Of a DNA stretch of 63,885 nt, positions 63,455 to 63,885 are shown one piece after another. Within the stretch, counting starts at the first letter, position 1; each line of letters begins with the position of its first letter. The position numbers and the translations under genes are program-made. Location: positions 2,154,200 to 2,218,084 of the forward strand of contig JAAOMT010000009.1 of NCBI GenBank assembly GCA_016748015.1. Direction: 5' to 3'. The notes below the pieces were generated by a model that had not been told where the DNA came from, ran no database searches, and saw only the letters and a list, made by a program, of their open reading frames with translations. This DNA comes from Geosiphon pyriformis uo1 (taxonomy: Eukaryota > Fungi > Glomeromycota).

Positions 63455-63885
63455 ANNNNNNNNNNNNNNNNNNNNTAACGGTTGTTTCTTGTTGTTATTG
63501 GTAAGAGTCCAACTAAATCAATTCCGATTCTGTCAAATGGCTGTCCAACTTTTATTGGTCTTAATAATTCCGTTGTTTTTGCTCCTCTTCTTCGTTGGCA
63601 TGGGTCACAATTTCTTATGTATTGGATTATGTCTGAGCTCATTTTTGGCCAATAGTAACGGCTAGTTGCACGTTAGATGGTTGCTGTTTTTCCAAAGTGG
63701 CCTGAATGAATATCTGAGTGCATGTTAAATAAGATAGTTTCTTTTTCATCCGTGGTTATAACTCTTAATGGATTATCTGGATTTTGTTGATTCCGGTAAT
63801 AAAGTATGTGATTTTGGATGAAATAGTGTTTTGCTAATTTTTGGAGCTTAATTAGCTCTTTTACTGGCATTTCTTTGTCTATTTG

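Larger units (their letters stand above)
60383..63885 (-). mobile_element. Gypsy-3, younger element (RNase H, integrase, ORF3, PPT, 3' LTR) inserted into Gypsy-2 gag; partly gapped
   Basis: ATDASGTGLGAILSQ...ELECLAVVW (RH); HSDIHSGHFG...CDPCQ (IN zinc finger); WDLFIPAVLLAYRT, KWDGPFYI (IN core, GPF); PPT and LTR present. Confidence 0.93.

Noticed and set aside
63476-63885. Apparent duplicated integrase N-terminus upstream of RNase H (Gmr1-like IN-before-RH order)
   Set aside because: 63710-63885 is nearly identical to 62815-62990, and the piece supplies part of what is missing in the N gap 62408-62814. It is most likely a mis-ordered contig in the scaffold.

Overview
Eukaryotic, very probably fungal, genomic DNA. 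The intron-rich genes, the AT-AC minor intron and the retroelement types suggest Glomeromycotina/Mucoromycota (Geosiphon-like), but this is inference. A CpG-retaining gene island of about 13 kb (~25.9-38.8 kb) holds four intron-containing genes: EFL1/RIA1 GTPase, a PAQR/IZH/AdipoR-like receptor, a Pex23/Pex24-family DysF peroxin and a hypothetical protein. On both sides lie deeply nested retrotransposon clusters eroded by C>T/G>A changes. These contain six copies or fragments of an APE-RT-RNaseH LINE family plus one 101-bp stub, three Ty3/Gypsy elements, two nested solo LTRs, and a non-autonomous LTR element with 1.4-kb LTRs and a 141-bp core. Most junctions can be resolved to the base by target-site duplications (TSDs). 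The most striking signal is the Gypsy lineage architecture. RT-RNaseH ends in a stop, and integrase restarts at its own ATG exactly 29 nt later in a different frame, in two divergent elements. A conserved extra ORF sits between integrase and the polypurine tract (PPT), and a five-motif dUTPase lies between protease and RT. EFL1 carries a textbook U12-type AT-AC intron. Whether these features are new to the literature cannot be checked without database searches. The last 2.4 kb contains N gaps and a probable mis-ordered contig.
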